A stretch of DNA of 64,000 bases from Chiloscyllium plagiosum (Eukaryota): NCBI RefSeq assembly GCF_004010195.1, contig NC_057752.1, positions 2,916,222 to 2,980,221 of the forward strand, given 5' to 3'. Under the pieces are notes generated by a model, which saw only the letters and a program-made list of their open reading frames with translations, had not been told where the DNA came from and made no database searches. Position 1 is the first letter of the stretch; every line of letters begins with the position of its first letter. This document shows positions 49,201 to 63,030 of the stretch, in pieces. Both the position numbers and the translations under genes were made by a program.

Positions 49201-50679
49201 TGGTCACCCATTCGAGTATCTCTTTATAGTAAGTCTGTCTCATTATTGATCTTCCAAATCACCTTAGGATGTCTTAAGACACCAAAGGTGGTCTACAAGT
49301 GCAAGTTGTTGTTGTTCAAACACTTGGCACAGTGTAACAGGGCAACAGGGAATAAAATGTGAAAGATTTCAATTTCTCAACAGCTCAACTTTACTATTGT
49401 GTTACAAAAGCAGAAATTGCTGGAGAAACTCAGCAGGTAGGCGGTATTTGCAGAGAGAAAGCAGAGCTAACTTTGGAGTCCCATCCTCAGAACTGAAAAT
49501 AACCAGGAAAAGGTGGTATACGTGTTGAAGATGGGTGGAGGGGAGGGGGAGCAAAGAAGGGGCGAGCAGGTAGATGAGATGAAGCACAGAGAAAGAGAAC
49601 TGCAATTAGACAGACACAAGGATAGATAATAAGCCAGGAAGAAAGAAAAGCTGATAATGGGGACCATAAGTAGGTGAGAATGGACTGGCTGGACTGAAAG
49701 CAGCCCAACTGACGACAGGATCTAAGGTGTGGCAGTGGGTATAGGACAAGGAAGGTGGTATTCAGGCCCTAAAATCTTTGAATCCAATGTTGAGCCCTGA
49801 AAGCTGCAGGGTCCCCAAGTGGAAAACAAAATGCTGATCTTCCAACTATTATGTTGATGTTTATAACATTTCTAAGGATTTGGGATAAATATCCACAAAA
49901 ATACGACGCACGTGAAGGCTTCCTGAGTGATAGCCTTCATCCCTACTCATAATCAATGAAACATTAATGAGGACGCATAAGCAGCATAATTAATCTAAAT
50001 GCAATGTTGTGAGTGCATCATAAATTTAACAACACTTTCATAGCCAATCTCTTCAGTGATGCAGGTTAACCGACTTTATGTTGTTCAGCATTGAAAATTT
50101 ACAGAATACAATTTCAGTCGATGGCATATCGGGCAGTGGAGGTTGCTATGGCAGCGGTTGTTGAGGCTATTATTGTCTTGGTAAGAGTTTTCATAAAGCG
50201 ATGTTAAGTTTATTACTGGCATGGTGCCTTGTTTCAAAACTCAGTGCAATTATAATTGCAAATGAATTTTAATGAATACAGCTGAAGCCCTATAAATTCA
50301 ATCCATAAACAAATCTGAAGCCAATAATAGCTGTTGGTGGTACTGATCCAGGCATCATGTTCATTTAGACAAACATGAACATCACAAACTGAGCACTGAG
50401 TCTACTTAGGACTCCTCGCTCTCTTTCAGCTGCACCCTCAGCTGTTTCAACATCATTCATGGAATATTCTTTCCTATTCCCAGGGTATCAATCCAACAGC
50501 TTTCAGTTTAATTCACAGCCTTTTCTGGGAAACTTGTATTGAAAAGCCTTTTGGAAGGTACACTTGGGTGGTTAGTTCCTTAAAGAGATCAAGAAATGGA
50601 ATCAGAATGGTTCCGCACCCTGAATTCATGGTAAATGCTGCTAACTATGTCATTGTATAGATGATCTGCAATTTCCTAA

Positions 50680-50915
50680 TCGCGTTCACTGACACCACCG
50701 TCAATTGTCGGCTGGATATCAAACAACAACACGTCAGAATACAGGAAGGAGACAGAACGCATGGTGCAAAGGTAACAATCTCTCCCTCAAGGTCAACAAA
50801 ACAAAATAATTAATCATTGACTTCAGGAGGAAAGGAGGGGGATATGCCCCTCTCAACATCAGTGGAGCTGAGGTGAAGAGAGTTGACAGCGTCAAGTTCC
50901 TGGGAGTGACGATAG
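50680..50915 (+). mobile_element. Rex1-type RT fragment
   Basis: NNLSLKVNKTK*LIIDFRRK...LNISGAEVKRVDSVKFLGVTI. Confidence 0.75.
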
Positions 50916-51224
50916 TCTTTAAAGGAAATAGGAGGCCATTCAGCCCCTCAAGCCTGCTCTGCCATTCAATAGGATCATGGTTGATTTGGTTAATCTGATT
51001 AGGACTCAACTCAATTCAGTGAACTGTGAACGGTCTAAGATGCAGGAATTTGAGCTGGCGACTCCCTGCCCTTTTTCCTTGTCCTGGGGGCTGTGAGATC
51101 TCTTTATTAATGGCCCAAAGGTCAAGGCTGGAACTGTTCTAGTACATATGGATTAGCATCACAACACAAACTGGATATGGCCGAGAGGAAGGGAGTTGAG
51201 GACATGTGCGAGCCAGGCCTCTAG

Positions 51225-51620
51225 GAGTAGCGCTCTTGCCTCGGGCTCAGAAAAATGTGGTTTCAATTCCCATTGCAGAAGCCTGAGTGCAGGCCCAAGA
51301 GGCTGCCTTCTTTCAGAGGAGTCATTAGCCGCAGGCCCAAACTGCCCTCACTGCTTGGTCTGAGAGATCAGACACAATTTGAAAGAGCACCAAGTGAGCA
51401 CTCCACTGCAGAGCCCTAGCCAACCTTTAAGCCTCCATCAACATCACGAAAACAGGTGGTTTGGTCCTTACCACATTAGTGTTTGTGGGAGCTTGCTCTG
51501 CACAACTCGGTTGTTGTGTGTTTCCAACATTACAACAGTTACCATGCTTCGAACACACTTCATTGGCTGTATCATGCTTTTGGGGGTGGCTAAAAAGCAC
51601 TATATGAATGCAAGTCCCTT
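51225..51620 (+). mobile_element. Deu-domain SINE, diverged
   Basis: Tail gtttgtgggagcttgctctgcacaa...ttcattggctgta...ctatatgaatgcaagt. Confidence 0.7.
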
Positions 51621-53008
51621 TTTTTACTTTTGCTGAGGTAGTTGAACCTGATCCAGCAGTGAAGGGGAATATGGGGTGGGGAGTGGGAGACAGCACCAAT
51701 TCTTCATCCCGATCTGAGAGAGAATCTCCATTCAGCTGGGTGACTGACAGCTGACAAAGGGACAATCATATTGCTCAGCTGCCCCGAAGGTGACTGCAAC
51801 GGTTAATAAATGATTAATAAATAGCCAATAATGTCACCATCCTGCTTTCAAATTCTACCACAAAATGCACTAAGAGCTACAGCTAAGCGCTGAAATTGTC
51901 ACTTAAAGCCAACTCTCCTCCAAACTATTTCTTTGCACCCAGTGGCGAGATTGAACTTTAAAGGAGAGTTAGACTGATTAATCCAAAAAGCTGCTTAATG
52001 CCTTTGTGCAGAGGCAGAATTGACTCAAATTAAGATCTGAAAGTCTGCCAGAGATTTGAAGTCCCATGGCTCACTGGAAAAATCAATTAGAATTGGCTGG
52101 GAAGTCATTGGAAGACTCAACAGACAAACATCAAATGGTGAATAATCACACTGATAGCATTGCTGGACTAGTTTAACAATAACTGTCTCCACAGGGTGCA
52201 ATCGCGCATACCAATAAATCCCAACATGGAGTCACTTCGGGGACAATTGTTGTTGTTCTGATTACTCTAAACAACAGACTTCACGCTGAAGCGTTTCGAA
52301 AATCGCTGCCGTGGGGACCATTTGAAGGTAACTTCTTGAGACAAACGTTGATCTAGAGTTTGCCACACTGCATTGGGAATGGCTGAGCATAAGCCCATCC
52401 AACAGCCTGGCGTATTTTTCCAACGCTCGGACGGGTTTGATGCTATTCCAAAGCAAGTCTTGCAGCAATCTTTGGAACAGTGGGAGTTGGATCTCTTGGC
52501 TGCTATGCACAGAGGACCACCCTCGGTCAAATGCTGAAGCCTCCAACTCAACCTGACTGTAGGATTCCATTTTCTACTTAGGTTATGCTTGTAGGTGAGA
52601 TCAGCAGTCAGTGCCCGTTTCAGTAATCTTAAACTCCCTGACCTCACTTCCTGCAGGCTTCTTACAGCCAGCAGAATCAAGTGAGACTCAACTTGACCAA
52701 ATCTAGTTTGGATTTGATTCCATGCCTCAGATGTAAAAGGACATTGTACGAGCTACTGTGCTACCTAGTCCTGGTCTTGTCTTTTAGCGATCTTGCTGCA
52801 TTGTGCCTCAAACTGTCTTCCTTCACTCCTTGGTTCAGCCTATGGTATGCCTTAACCAGCACTCGCAGTCTTGTTTGACCACAGTCCTCCAACAATGCTT
52901 CAGGTTCAGTGCTTTTCAAACAGGAGAGGGGGTGGGAAATGCAGGCAGAATTACAATCTTAGCCTGACACTGCTCCCACCTTGGTGCACATTTCCCCCAG
53001 GGAACATG

Positions 53009-53317
53009 ATTAGATTAGATTCCCTACAGCATGGAAACAGGCCCTTCAGCCCAACCAGTCCACTCCGACCCTCCAAAGAGTAACCCACCCAGACCCATTT
53101 CCCTCTGATTAACACACCTAACACTATGGGCAATTTACCATGGCCAATTCACTTGGCCTGCACATCTCTGGACTGTGGGAGGAAACTGGAGCACCCGGAG
53201 GAAACCCGCACAGACACGGGGAGAATGTGCAAACTCCACACAGTCACCCAAGGTTGGAATCAAACCTGGGACCCTGGTGCTGTGAGGCAGCAGTGCTAAC
53301 CACTGAGCCACCGTGCC
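53009..53317 (-). mobile_element. HE1-type V-SINE
   Basis: Complete reverse copy with (ATTAG)n tail. Confidence 0.9.
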
Positions 53318-53583
53318 ATGTGCAAAGAGAGAGCACAGGAAGAAAACTGATGACTTGATAATGCATATTCATTATCAAATTGGCTGATGCCCACAAACCT
53401 GGCATAGACCACTGACCAAATGTTGGCCATTTCTCGTGTTTGGCACAATACCACACTGGGTGGTGCATTTGTGAACTGAACTGATCCGTTCTTATAGAGT
53501 CCCCATTCTACAAAGCAGTACACACTCCCTTCATCTGAGGCCAACCTCATAACATCAGTGCAAAATGACTTAAGAAAGCTTAC

Positions 53584-53663
53584 CTCGTACATGTAGTCAA
53601 AAAGTTCCAGTATAGTCAGAAGACTTGCACCGATGAACAAACCCATCTGACCTCCAATGTCAC
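53584..53663 (-). CDS. ASIC1: ASIC1 TM2 exon ((G)[26 protein letters not shown])
   Basis: Canonical ASIC TM2 with the GAS selectivity belt. Acceptor tttctgttcaaag, donor GAG|GTAAGC, 80 nt, phase 1/0. Confidence 0.98.
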
Positions 53664-56204
53664 CTTTGAACAGAAAATAACAGGAGCTCATGACTTGAGG
53701 AGCAGGTTACTGGTAGCAGAATCATTTTTGCTTACTGAACACAAATAATCTATACGAAGGTTGTCACCTCTTGGCACTACGGCTGCACTCATTTATGTTT
53801 ATCATATTTAGGGGATTGTGTATTACACTGATGACATTCTGCAAAGGTGCTGTAATTCATTTTCCACACCATTTACTTTGTCAAATCTAGACACGACTTC
53901 TGAACAAAATGCCTTTGGGATGGTGTTCGTCCAGGTTAGGAATGAATTGATTTCCTTTCACCGACCACTGTAGCTCTCAGGAACCATGAATCAATTGGCT
54001 GTATGAATTCAAGATAATGCAATAGATAACTTGGTAAAGCTTGGTGATGAATGTAGTCAGCTGAGCTGTACATTCAGTGAATGATTTGATATACTTGCCT
54101 CATGCGTGATGTCGGTGGAGTAAAATTGGGCAGGAAGTGGAAGCTGAAGAGGATCTGAGAGCTCAAATGGCCAAAAAAAAGAGGTTTTACACCAGCATCG
54201 TAACACTGGCCTTGACCAGTCAGACTTAAATGATGGGAGCAGAGGTGGGAGCCTATTCCTGAAGGGCAAAATAGAGCTAACAGACCCTTTGAGGACTGTT
54301 AAATCGAGCCTGATGCCAACTGATGTATCAACTATTTCAGGGTATCTCATACTGTTGCACCTTGGAACCCAGTTGGTTGCTGAATTTGGACTTATACTGT
54401 CACATTGGTGTGAAGCACCAAACACAGTGGCAGCGTCACAGAATCCCTTGTGGCATCACAGAATGACACAGCCCAGAAGGCTATTCGGCCTGTATTGCCC
54501 GTGCTCTGAAAGTGCTCTTTCCCAGAGCCCTGTAGGTTTCTCCCCTTCAAGCGTTCATCCAACTCTCATGTTTGCAACTCATTTGTGAATCAGCTTCCAA
54601 CATCCTTTCAGGCAGTGTGTACCAAATCAGAACACACTGCCTAAAAATAAATTGTTGCCACATATTGCCTCAGGTTCCTGTGATTTGCTGTATTAACATG
54701 CTTATGACATTTGTGGTAAATACTGCACCTACCGTTCCATTCATTGCATTGACATGCAGTCCCATTAAGACAGCATTTGGCGCTTTTTATGGCATCTGAC
54801 CAGAAAGTCAACTTCACACACCCAAAATAAGGATTATGAACAATTGAGCAGGGGACTTGGGAGCGTTTCTGATGACGCAAAGTGTTTGTGCTCAACATGC
54901 CTCGATAAAAGGTTGGCATGGGGCTTTCAGAAAGCATGCAAGAAACAGGATGCTGTGCGATTAATTCACTGATCAAATCTTTCTCGTTGATCTCCTTTCC
55001 ACAGAAAGCCGTGGGGCAGAGTATTCATATATATTTAAGGCTGAGATAGAGAGATTCTTGATCAGTCGAGGAAATCAAGAGTATCGGGGAAAAGTCAGGA
55101 AAGTGGAAGTGGGGAGTGTCCAATCAGCCATGATTCTACTGAATGGCGGTGCAGGCTCGAGGGGTCAAATGGCCTACTCCCATTCCTAGTTCTTATGGTC
55201 TTACTTCCTGAATCATTGGGGCACGCGTATGCTCCAGCACGGCTACACCCAGCTTACATTCCCTGGATCCTACACCCGTGGAATTGCTGTAGTCTCCAAA
55301 GAGCATGAGGAGGTTCGACAGGAGTCCGACTGAGGACTCTCAGTTAGCATGCATGCAAAGCCAAACTCACTTTCTACTAAGTAAACCCACCTCGAAATCT
55401 ATATAAACAGATCATTTGAATGGCTGTATCAGGGAGCTTCAATATTCACTGCTAAATATACAAATGGTGGCCTTCACCATAGCTCTCTGCAAGCTTTCTT
55501 TCTGTAAAATACCTGACACAAGCTAAACACTAATTCCTTCAGTCGACAAGATAGTGTGTGGTACAATTCTCATCGGAGCTGCAGTACGCTGACAAGGAAT
55601 GAGTAAATGAGCTAAAAATGACTGGCAGCTATATTTCATGCTACAGTTTAGCGTAGCTGTGGAAAATTGTGATTTCCTTGTCACAGCACACCAGCTCCTC
55701 TCTATTGACATCTCGAGTCTCTCAGTAGTTGAGACTGCAGTAGAGTAGCCTTGCAGAATGAAGGGAGATAAGAATCCCGTGGCAGAACAATGCAAGGTTT
55801 ATCGCAGGTCATGAGTTGTGAGCACAATGATTTTTGACAGCAGAGGCCAGAACCAGAATTCTGTATCTCATCCAATTTCCACAGTTAGAAATCATTACAT
55901 TTGCAGTAGCAAGCTTTCACAGAGGCACACAATGGGATTTGAAAGACTGACAGAGAGATGTTTGCTCTCTGCATACGTCAGGGACTGGTCTCCAACATAT
56001 CTCTGGGTTTGACTCCTACGGAGTGAAAACTGGTGATGTTCTCTGTGCAGTCCCTCAGCACAGACTTCCAGAGGAACCCTGTTTAGAAACAGAAAAGGGG
56101 TTATTTGGAGTTTTTCCCCACTACTGATGGTGCTGAAGGATGACAACCAGTGCTCAAAGGCACGACAGGAATGGAGGGCTGACAGTTTGGGCAAATTATT
56201 GCGT

Positions 56205-56640
56205 AGGTAGAGCTGTACAGCATAGAAACAGGCCCTTCAGCCCAAATCATCCATGCCGACCTGGTTTCCTGAACTGAACTAGTGCCATTTGCCTGCATTT
56301 GGCCGTCATCCCTCTAAAACGTTTCTTTTCATATACCTGTCCAAATGTCTTTTAAATGCTGTAATTGCACCCACATCCACCACTTCCTCTGGCAGCTCAT
56401 TCCATACATGAACCACCCTCTGCCCGAAAAAAGGTGCCCCTCACGCCCCATTCCCCTCTCATCTTAAACCTATGCCCTCCAGTTTTGAACTCCCTTACCC
56501 TGGGGAAAAGACCTTGGCTACTCACCTTATCTGTGCCCCTTGTGATTTTACAAGCATCTACAAAGATCACCCCTAAATCTCCTACGCAACAGGAAAAAAA
56601 AGTCCCAGCCTATCCTTATAGCTCAAACTGCTCCATTCCT
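56205..56640 (-). mobile_element. CR1/HER1-like LINE 3' fragment
   Basis: Homologous to 7660-8110. Confidence 0.85.
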
Positions 56641-58756
56641 CCTGGACAGGGACCCAAGTTCAATTGAATCACTGTGCAAGTTGGATTAAGATTGCAGAGT
56701 GGCTCATCATTTGGCCTTAATTGCTACAGCATTGACTTTTGTTGAGAGCTTCTGAAGATGATAGGGAAAACACATAAATGCAGATAAGGTATCATTAGAC
56801 TTGACCTCTGTTGAACCATTGCAAGCTCCAGATTCAACTGCAATGGGAGGCCAGCCAATCTGATTCATCGTTCATGCTTTGTTAGGATTGCCTGCTACGA
56901 GTTCTGATAAGCTGAGAGGAGGTCAGGTACTGGGTGAAATTCATTAGGATCTCAACTCACACTAAATTTCATGCATTGGTACATTACCTAGTTTGGAAAC
57001 AAGAGCCAGACTTCGACCACAGACTGTGAAAGCCCTGCCATTCTTTTTCCAGTCTCCTTGAATAAGCTTGGTAACAAGCTTAAGGTGGATGCCTAGTTGA
57101 AGTGCAAGTAGTACACTTCAACTCTTATCAGAACAGGCTGCTTCATATTGCAAAAAAATATAGTTAAACTATTTGGAAGTGCCTCAACCATTAACCTCAA
57201 GCTCATCCAATGAAGCATATCCTCAATTCCTGTAGTATGACTGTACATTGTCCTCCATCCTCTCAAATTAATAATAATCCATGGTTATATTCATTAATGG
57301 CTCTTAATGAAGTCTTAAGAATTTGTGACTAGCCTCCCTTTGACCAACTTAAGAACTTGAGCTCATCTAAAGTTCTGTTGCTTGTCTCCTAATTCACATC
57401 AAGTCATATTTATCCATCAACCCTTGTGCTCGTTGGTGCACACTGGCTCCTAGTTTGGCAATTTAAAAATTCTCTCTCTTTTCAAACCCATAGCCTTGCA
57501 TCCCTTTAACCCCGTAATCTTCTCCAGCCCCCACAGCCCTCTGAGATCACAGTGATCCTCCAATTCTGGCCTCTTCAGCATCCTAGATTTCCACTGCTCA
57601 TTGCTCCACCATTTATGGCCATCTCTGCAGCTCTAGTATTTCTCCCAGAAACCACTCCCCCTCTCGTCTTTTAAGGGAGTTCCTGAATACCAGGCTGTTT
57701 TACCACAGTTTTCCTAAGATGTCTGAATCTTTCTTTATGTGACGTGATGTAAAATGCTGACCAACCAATACTCTTATGAGGAGCCTTGGGATGTTTTATA
57801 ACTCTTGAGGTGTTAATGAATAGCTTTGTACAGTTGAATTATGCTCATCAGAATCTAAGTTGAGACTATATAACCTTATTTTACTTCTGGCACTATTTGT
57901 TATTATAGAAGACTGTTATCAGTCTCAACAGAATTCGAACCACGTTCTTAGAAATGGGAGTGTTTGAATTATTTACATTATCTCTTCTCAAACTCTATAA
58001 TTACAACACAAAATGTTGTGATTAAGGCTTGTAATGTATGAGCACCATTTGGACTAGGGCTCGTGTGGTGTGGTGGTAGTGTTCCCACCTCTGGGCTAGA
58101 GGACCTGGGGCTCAAATCCAACTGTCTCCCTTAGGTGTGCCAGGTTAATTAAAAAATATCTATTATTATTTCGGAACTTGGGTTTGAAAGTGGAGGGATG
58201 ATTTGTACTTCTATATTGAGAGAGTTCACAAGGGAAGGATGTACTGATGGGTTATCTCAAGTTTTGTTGACATCCATCTAAATGAGGTCTTGAAAACTGT
58301 GGACGTGAATAGTTCAGTGTGTTAAAAACAACAATAGAAGAGAAAAGAAAGCTGCTGTTGCTGTGGTAAGAGTCAGCTATTAGAGAAACACAAAAGCATC
58401 TGGAAGGTCAGGCAATGTGTGTCATTTTTGCCACTGTGATAAGACACTGCTAGTTTAGCAGTCTTCAAAAAAAGTCAGGGCTGAGGAACTAGTCCTGAGT
58501 GGTTCAAAAGAAAGCTCCGGAAGTAGGAAATTGCTGGAAGCTGAGGGCATGGAAAATCCATGTGGTTGCTCTGAAAGTGTTTCAAAGTCAGTCAGAAGAA
58601 AGATCGAGTAATTAATTACAGACATGACAACTTAACAAGGGGCTTTAAAGTAGAGATTGGTGACATTTCTGAGGTTTGAGTATCTGTAGGGATGTTGTTG
58701 AGGTGTTATTTTTCAAATATTAGTAATAAGACCATTTCAAATAGGCCTTTCACAAT

Positions 58757-59047
58757 TAGATTACCTACACTATGGAAACAGGCCCTTTGGCCCAACAAGT
58801 CCACACCGACCCTCTGAAGAACAATCCACCCAGACCCATTCCCCTCCATTTTACCCCTGGCTAATATACCTAACACTACAGGCAATTTAGCATGGCCAAT
58901 TCACCTAACCTGCACAACTTTGGGAGGAAACCCACACAGACACAGGGAGAATGTGCAAACTCCACACAGACAGTCACCCAAAGCTGGGATTGAACGTGGG
59001 ACCCTAGTGCTGTGAGACAGTAGTACTAACCACTGAGCCACCATGCC
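58757..59047 (-). mobile_element. HE1-type V-SINE
   Basis: Reverse copy with head, V domain and tail. Confidence 0.88.
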
Positions 59048-60239
59048 ACACCAAGATAGAACTGGTCTTTTATGTTCTTTAGTTAAAGGCACATGGCCAG
59101 TCTCTTGTGATTGTGTTCAATGCCTGACCACCAGGGGAAGCAATCACAAATATAAAACTTTATCAAGCCAAGATTCACTCTGGGATCTGACTTTGTCCAG
59201 TATTACCATTATCTAGCATCATAAAACAGAGACAATCTACTGGACTAATGGTTTGAGCTCTATCCAGTGTCATTGTTGTGCACTCTCAATATCCCATTCT
59301 GGAAGGCAAAAACAGCTCTTGTGAACTTTTTTATTACTTATGCAGGGGACGTGGGTGCCACAAGCTGGGCTTAAACAATTATTGCTCATCCTCAATGCCC
59401 TTGAGAAGGTGGGGTTGAGCTGCCTTCTTGATCTGCTGCAGTGCATTTGATGTTGATACACCCACAGTGCTGTTAGGGATGGGGGTTCCAGTCATACTCT
59501 AATGAAATAATCCTTTTACACAAATAGAAATGAAAAAAAAAAGCTCAGCCCAAAATTGTGACTGTGGATCAAAGCTGCACTTGTATAAATGATGGGTTGC
59601 AGACAAGGCCGCAAGCAAAATATCAGAGCTCAAGTGATTTCTGTGTCAGCTTGTAATTACTTCGATAGAACTGTCATGTTGCACAATATCTTTGTTATGT
59701 AGTGAGAATACCATAATGTAAGGCGAAGGACTGGCTGTTGAATGTGACAGCAGTCACTCTGTGCTCCTGTTGCAAAATATCGAACAGGTTGGGTGGATTT
59801 CACCCTATCGTCTGCTGTTTGAAACCAAACTCAGAAAATAGTCCTGTTGACTCATCACATCAGTCCTCACTGACCATTCTTGCCCAGAAACACTTCCAAC
59901 TTCAAATTCTCACCCTGAGTGCTCAGATCCCTCCATAGCCTCAACCATCCTTCCCCGTGTTACCTCCTTCCCACTCCACAAATCTGCACTCCTCAGAACT
60001 TTCCATTCACTGGACTCTGGCCTTTAGTACATCACCCCTTTTCACTTCACTCTACCATTGACCATTAAGTCACCACTTCCCACAGGGACACCCAACTGGG
60101 AAATTAAAGTCCATCATACAGTTCCCCAGTTAACTTGCTGCTTTTAATCAATAGAAAGCAACCCACTGGCCCACCATAGAGACCCCCATGTAGAGCCGTG
60201 GAATGAGAGACAACTTCGTAAGACCCTTCTCACCACTCG

Positions 60240-60404
60240 GAGAGAGTCAGGACTGCAGATGCTGGAGAGTCAGAGTCGACAAGTGTGGCGTTGGAAAAGC
60301 ACAGCAGCTCAGCCGGCATCCGAGGAACAGGAGATTTTTCTGCTCCTCGGATGCTGCCTGACTTGCTGTGCTTTCCCAGCGCCACACTTGTCGACTCTGA
60401 CTCT
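60240..60404. mobile_element. Palindromic Penelope-like family A copy lacking the hammerhead region
   Basis: Inverted arms ~60263-60334/60338-60407; short TSD ccactcg at 60233-60239/60405-60411. Confidence 0.75.
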
Positions 60405-60535
60405 CCACTCGCCACATTTAAAACAGAACAGTGGGAGCAAACAGCGGGAACTGATTCCCCCCCCCGCAATCAGACAACCTCTGACCAAACCCGCCAGGCT
60501 GTAGCAGCGAAAGCTACACTCTCCTCCTTCAGTCA

Positions 60536-60694
<159 letters not shown>

Positions 60695-61189
60695 TCACAT
60701 CACTTTTGTATGCACCTGAGAAGAAAATTATTGCTGTTCACAAAACAAAAGGAATTAATCTTTGCCCAGCCATTTCATCGCCTCCTACAGCTAAAATGGA
60801 ATATTAAACAGCAATTGTTGACGAGGATAGTTTCACCTTGTTAGACCAAGAGCAGTTCAGCAAGGTCGTGTGTACTTCTGAAATAAGTGTTCTTACACAA
60901 CTGTTAATGATTCTGCCAGGTGTGGACTCAGAGATGATGTTACATTAGTCTTATACCACAGGTCAAAGATTGTGCAAACAATTATATATATTTCAAATAA
61001 AATCAAGGCACACATTAGGGAAAACAACATTACTCTTGGTTGGCAATTTTAAGAAAAAGCAATTATAATCCCAAGTATCATTTCGACTGCAGTCTATTCT
61101 TTCTTTCACAAAAGCCACAGTTGTGCTGATAATATTTGTAGATTTTAGTTTTATTGTAATAGACTCAGATTCTATGAAAGAAACACGAC

Positions 61190-61509
61190 AGAATCCCCAC
61201 AGGGTGAAAGCAGGCCCATTCCACCCATCAAGCCCATACCAACCCTCCGAAGAGAATTCCACCCAGACCCACACTCCTACCCTATCGCTGTAACTCTGCA
61301 TTTCCTACGGGTAGCCTGCATATCCCTGAACACTATGGGCACTTTAACATGGCCAATCCACCTAACCTGCCATCTTCGGATTGTGGGAGGAAACCCCCGC
61401 AGACACGGGGAGATTGTGCAAACCCCACACAGACAGTTGCCCGAGGGTGAAATCAAACCTGGGTCCCTGGTGCTGTGAGGCAGCAGTGCCAACCACTGAG
61501 TCACTATGC
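61190..61509 (-). mobile_element. HE1-type V-SINE
   Basis: Reverse copy. Confidence 0.85.
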
Positions 61510-61639
61510 TTGGTTCAACTTGGACCTGGGTTCCTTTACTCTTTCCATTGTCCCCATGATCACAATACATCTGTGACATTTCCAATGCAGCATCTATCTG
61601 TATTATCATATCTATTCCATCTATCTCATTGGAACAAAG

Positions 61640-62400
61640 GCACAGGAAGAGGCTATTAAGCTTGTTCCTCCATTTAGTTAGATCATGACTGATTTCCACT
61701 TTACCTGTCTTGGCTTTACATCCTGCAAATCACTTAGTGAAAAAAACATTCTTCAATCTGAGTTTTGACATTTCCAATTGAACTCAGGCCTCAACAGCCA
61801 ACTCTGGATTTCCATTGCCCTTGATGTGAAGAAGTGATTCCTGATATAGCCCCTGAACTGTCTCGTTCTGAAGTTAAGGTTAACCCCAACCCCTTACACC
61901 CTGTAGTGAACTCTTCCACCAGAGGAATTTGCTTCTCTCAGTCTTATACAGACTCCTTCGATCATCTTGACGAGATTGTTCTTTTATATTCCCCAAACAA
62001 TTGTGGGATTCTCAGCCTAGCCTTTGCATCCTGTCTACATAATCTAATTGTTTAACCTCAGGTATTATTCTGATGAATCTGGGCTGTGCCCTCTCCGAGG
62101 CCAATATATTCTTTGTGAGGTGTGAGGGCAGAACTAAACACAGTGCTCTACATGGGATCTGAGGCTTGGTGCTACCGAAGCATTCCACACTCCAGCACTC
62201 TTGATTTAGAGGCCAAGATTCCATTAGGCTTTTTAATTATTCCTGCATCTGTCCTCTAGCTTGTCATACACTGCACCACTAAATCTCCTTCTGTTCCTCC
62301 ATAGTTTTGAGTATTTCACTATGCACTTCTAATCTATGCTGCTAAGGTCTAAAGAGAGCGGTGTCATACTTGCCCACACTGAACTCCACAGTTTCATTCA
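61640..62400 (-). mobile_element. Old CR1-like LINE fragment
   Basis: ASERAQPRFIRIIPEVKQLDYVDRMQRLG-like decayed ORF2 end. Confidence 0.65.
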
Positions 62401-62721
62401 CTCACTGTCAACCATGTCCCTTTCCAACAATTTAGCACCTCACTAAATGTCACCTTAGCATTGTCAGCAAAGTCGGATATTAACCAAAGCCACTGATGAA
62501 CGTAATGGGAAGCTGAGAGACATAGTCTCGGAAAGTTGTGGGGATGGAGGAGGTTACAGAGATAGGGAGAGCTGAGATCTTGAAAGGATTTTAACGTAAG
62601 AATGAGCATTTCAGAACAGAGGCACTACTGGACTGGGAGCTAGCATAGTCAGCGTGGGCATAGACTTGGTGCACATTAGAATAAGGGCAGCAGATGTTAG
62701 GATGTTCAGTAAGAATTGCTA

Positions 62722-63030
62722 CAGAATCCCTACAGTATGGAAACAGGTTCTTTGGCCCAAGTCCACACTGACCCTGCAAAGAATAACCCACCAAGACACA
62801 TTCCCCTATATTTACCCCTGACTAATGCACCTAAACTACACATCCCTGAACGCTATGGACAATTTAGCACAGCTAATTCACCTAACCTGCACATCTTCAG
62901 ACTGTGGGAGGAAACCCACACAGACACAGGGAGAATGTACAAACTCCACACAGACAGTTGCCTGAGGCTGGAATCGAACCTGGGTCCCTAGGGCTCTGAG
63001 GTAGCAGTGCTAACCACTGAGCCACCATGT
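62722..63030 (-). mobile_element. HE1-type V-SINE inserted in an L2-like remnant
   Basis: Reverse copy. Confidence 0.88.

Noticed and set aside
53296..53691. 131-aa ORF as one continuous coding region
   Set aside because: Only 53584-53663 is ASIC1-homologous and bounded by splice sites; the rest is intron and SINE.
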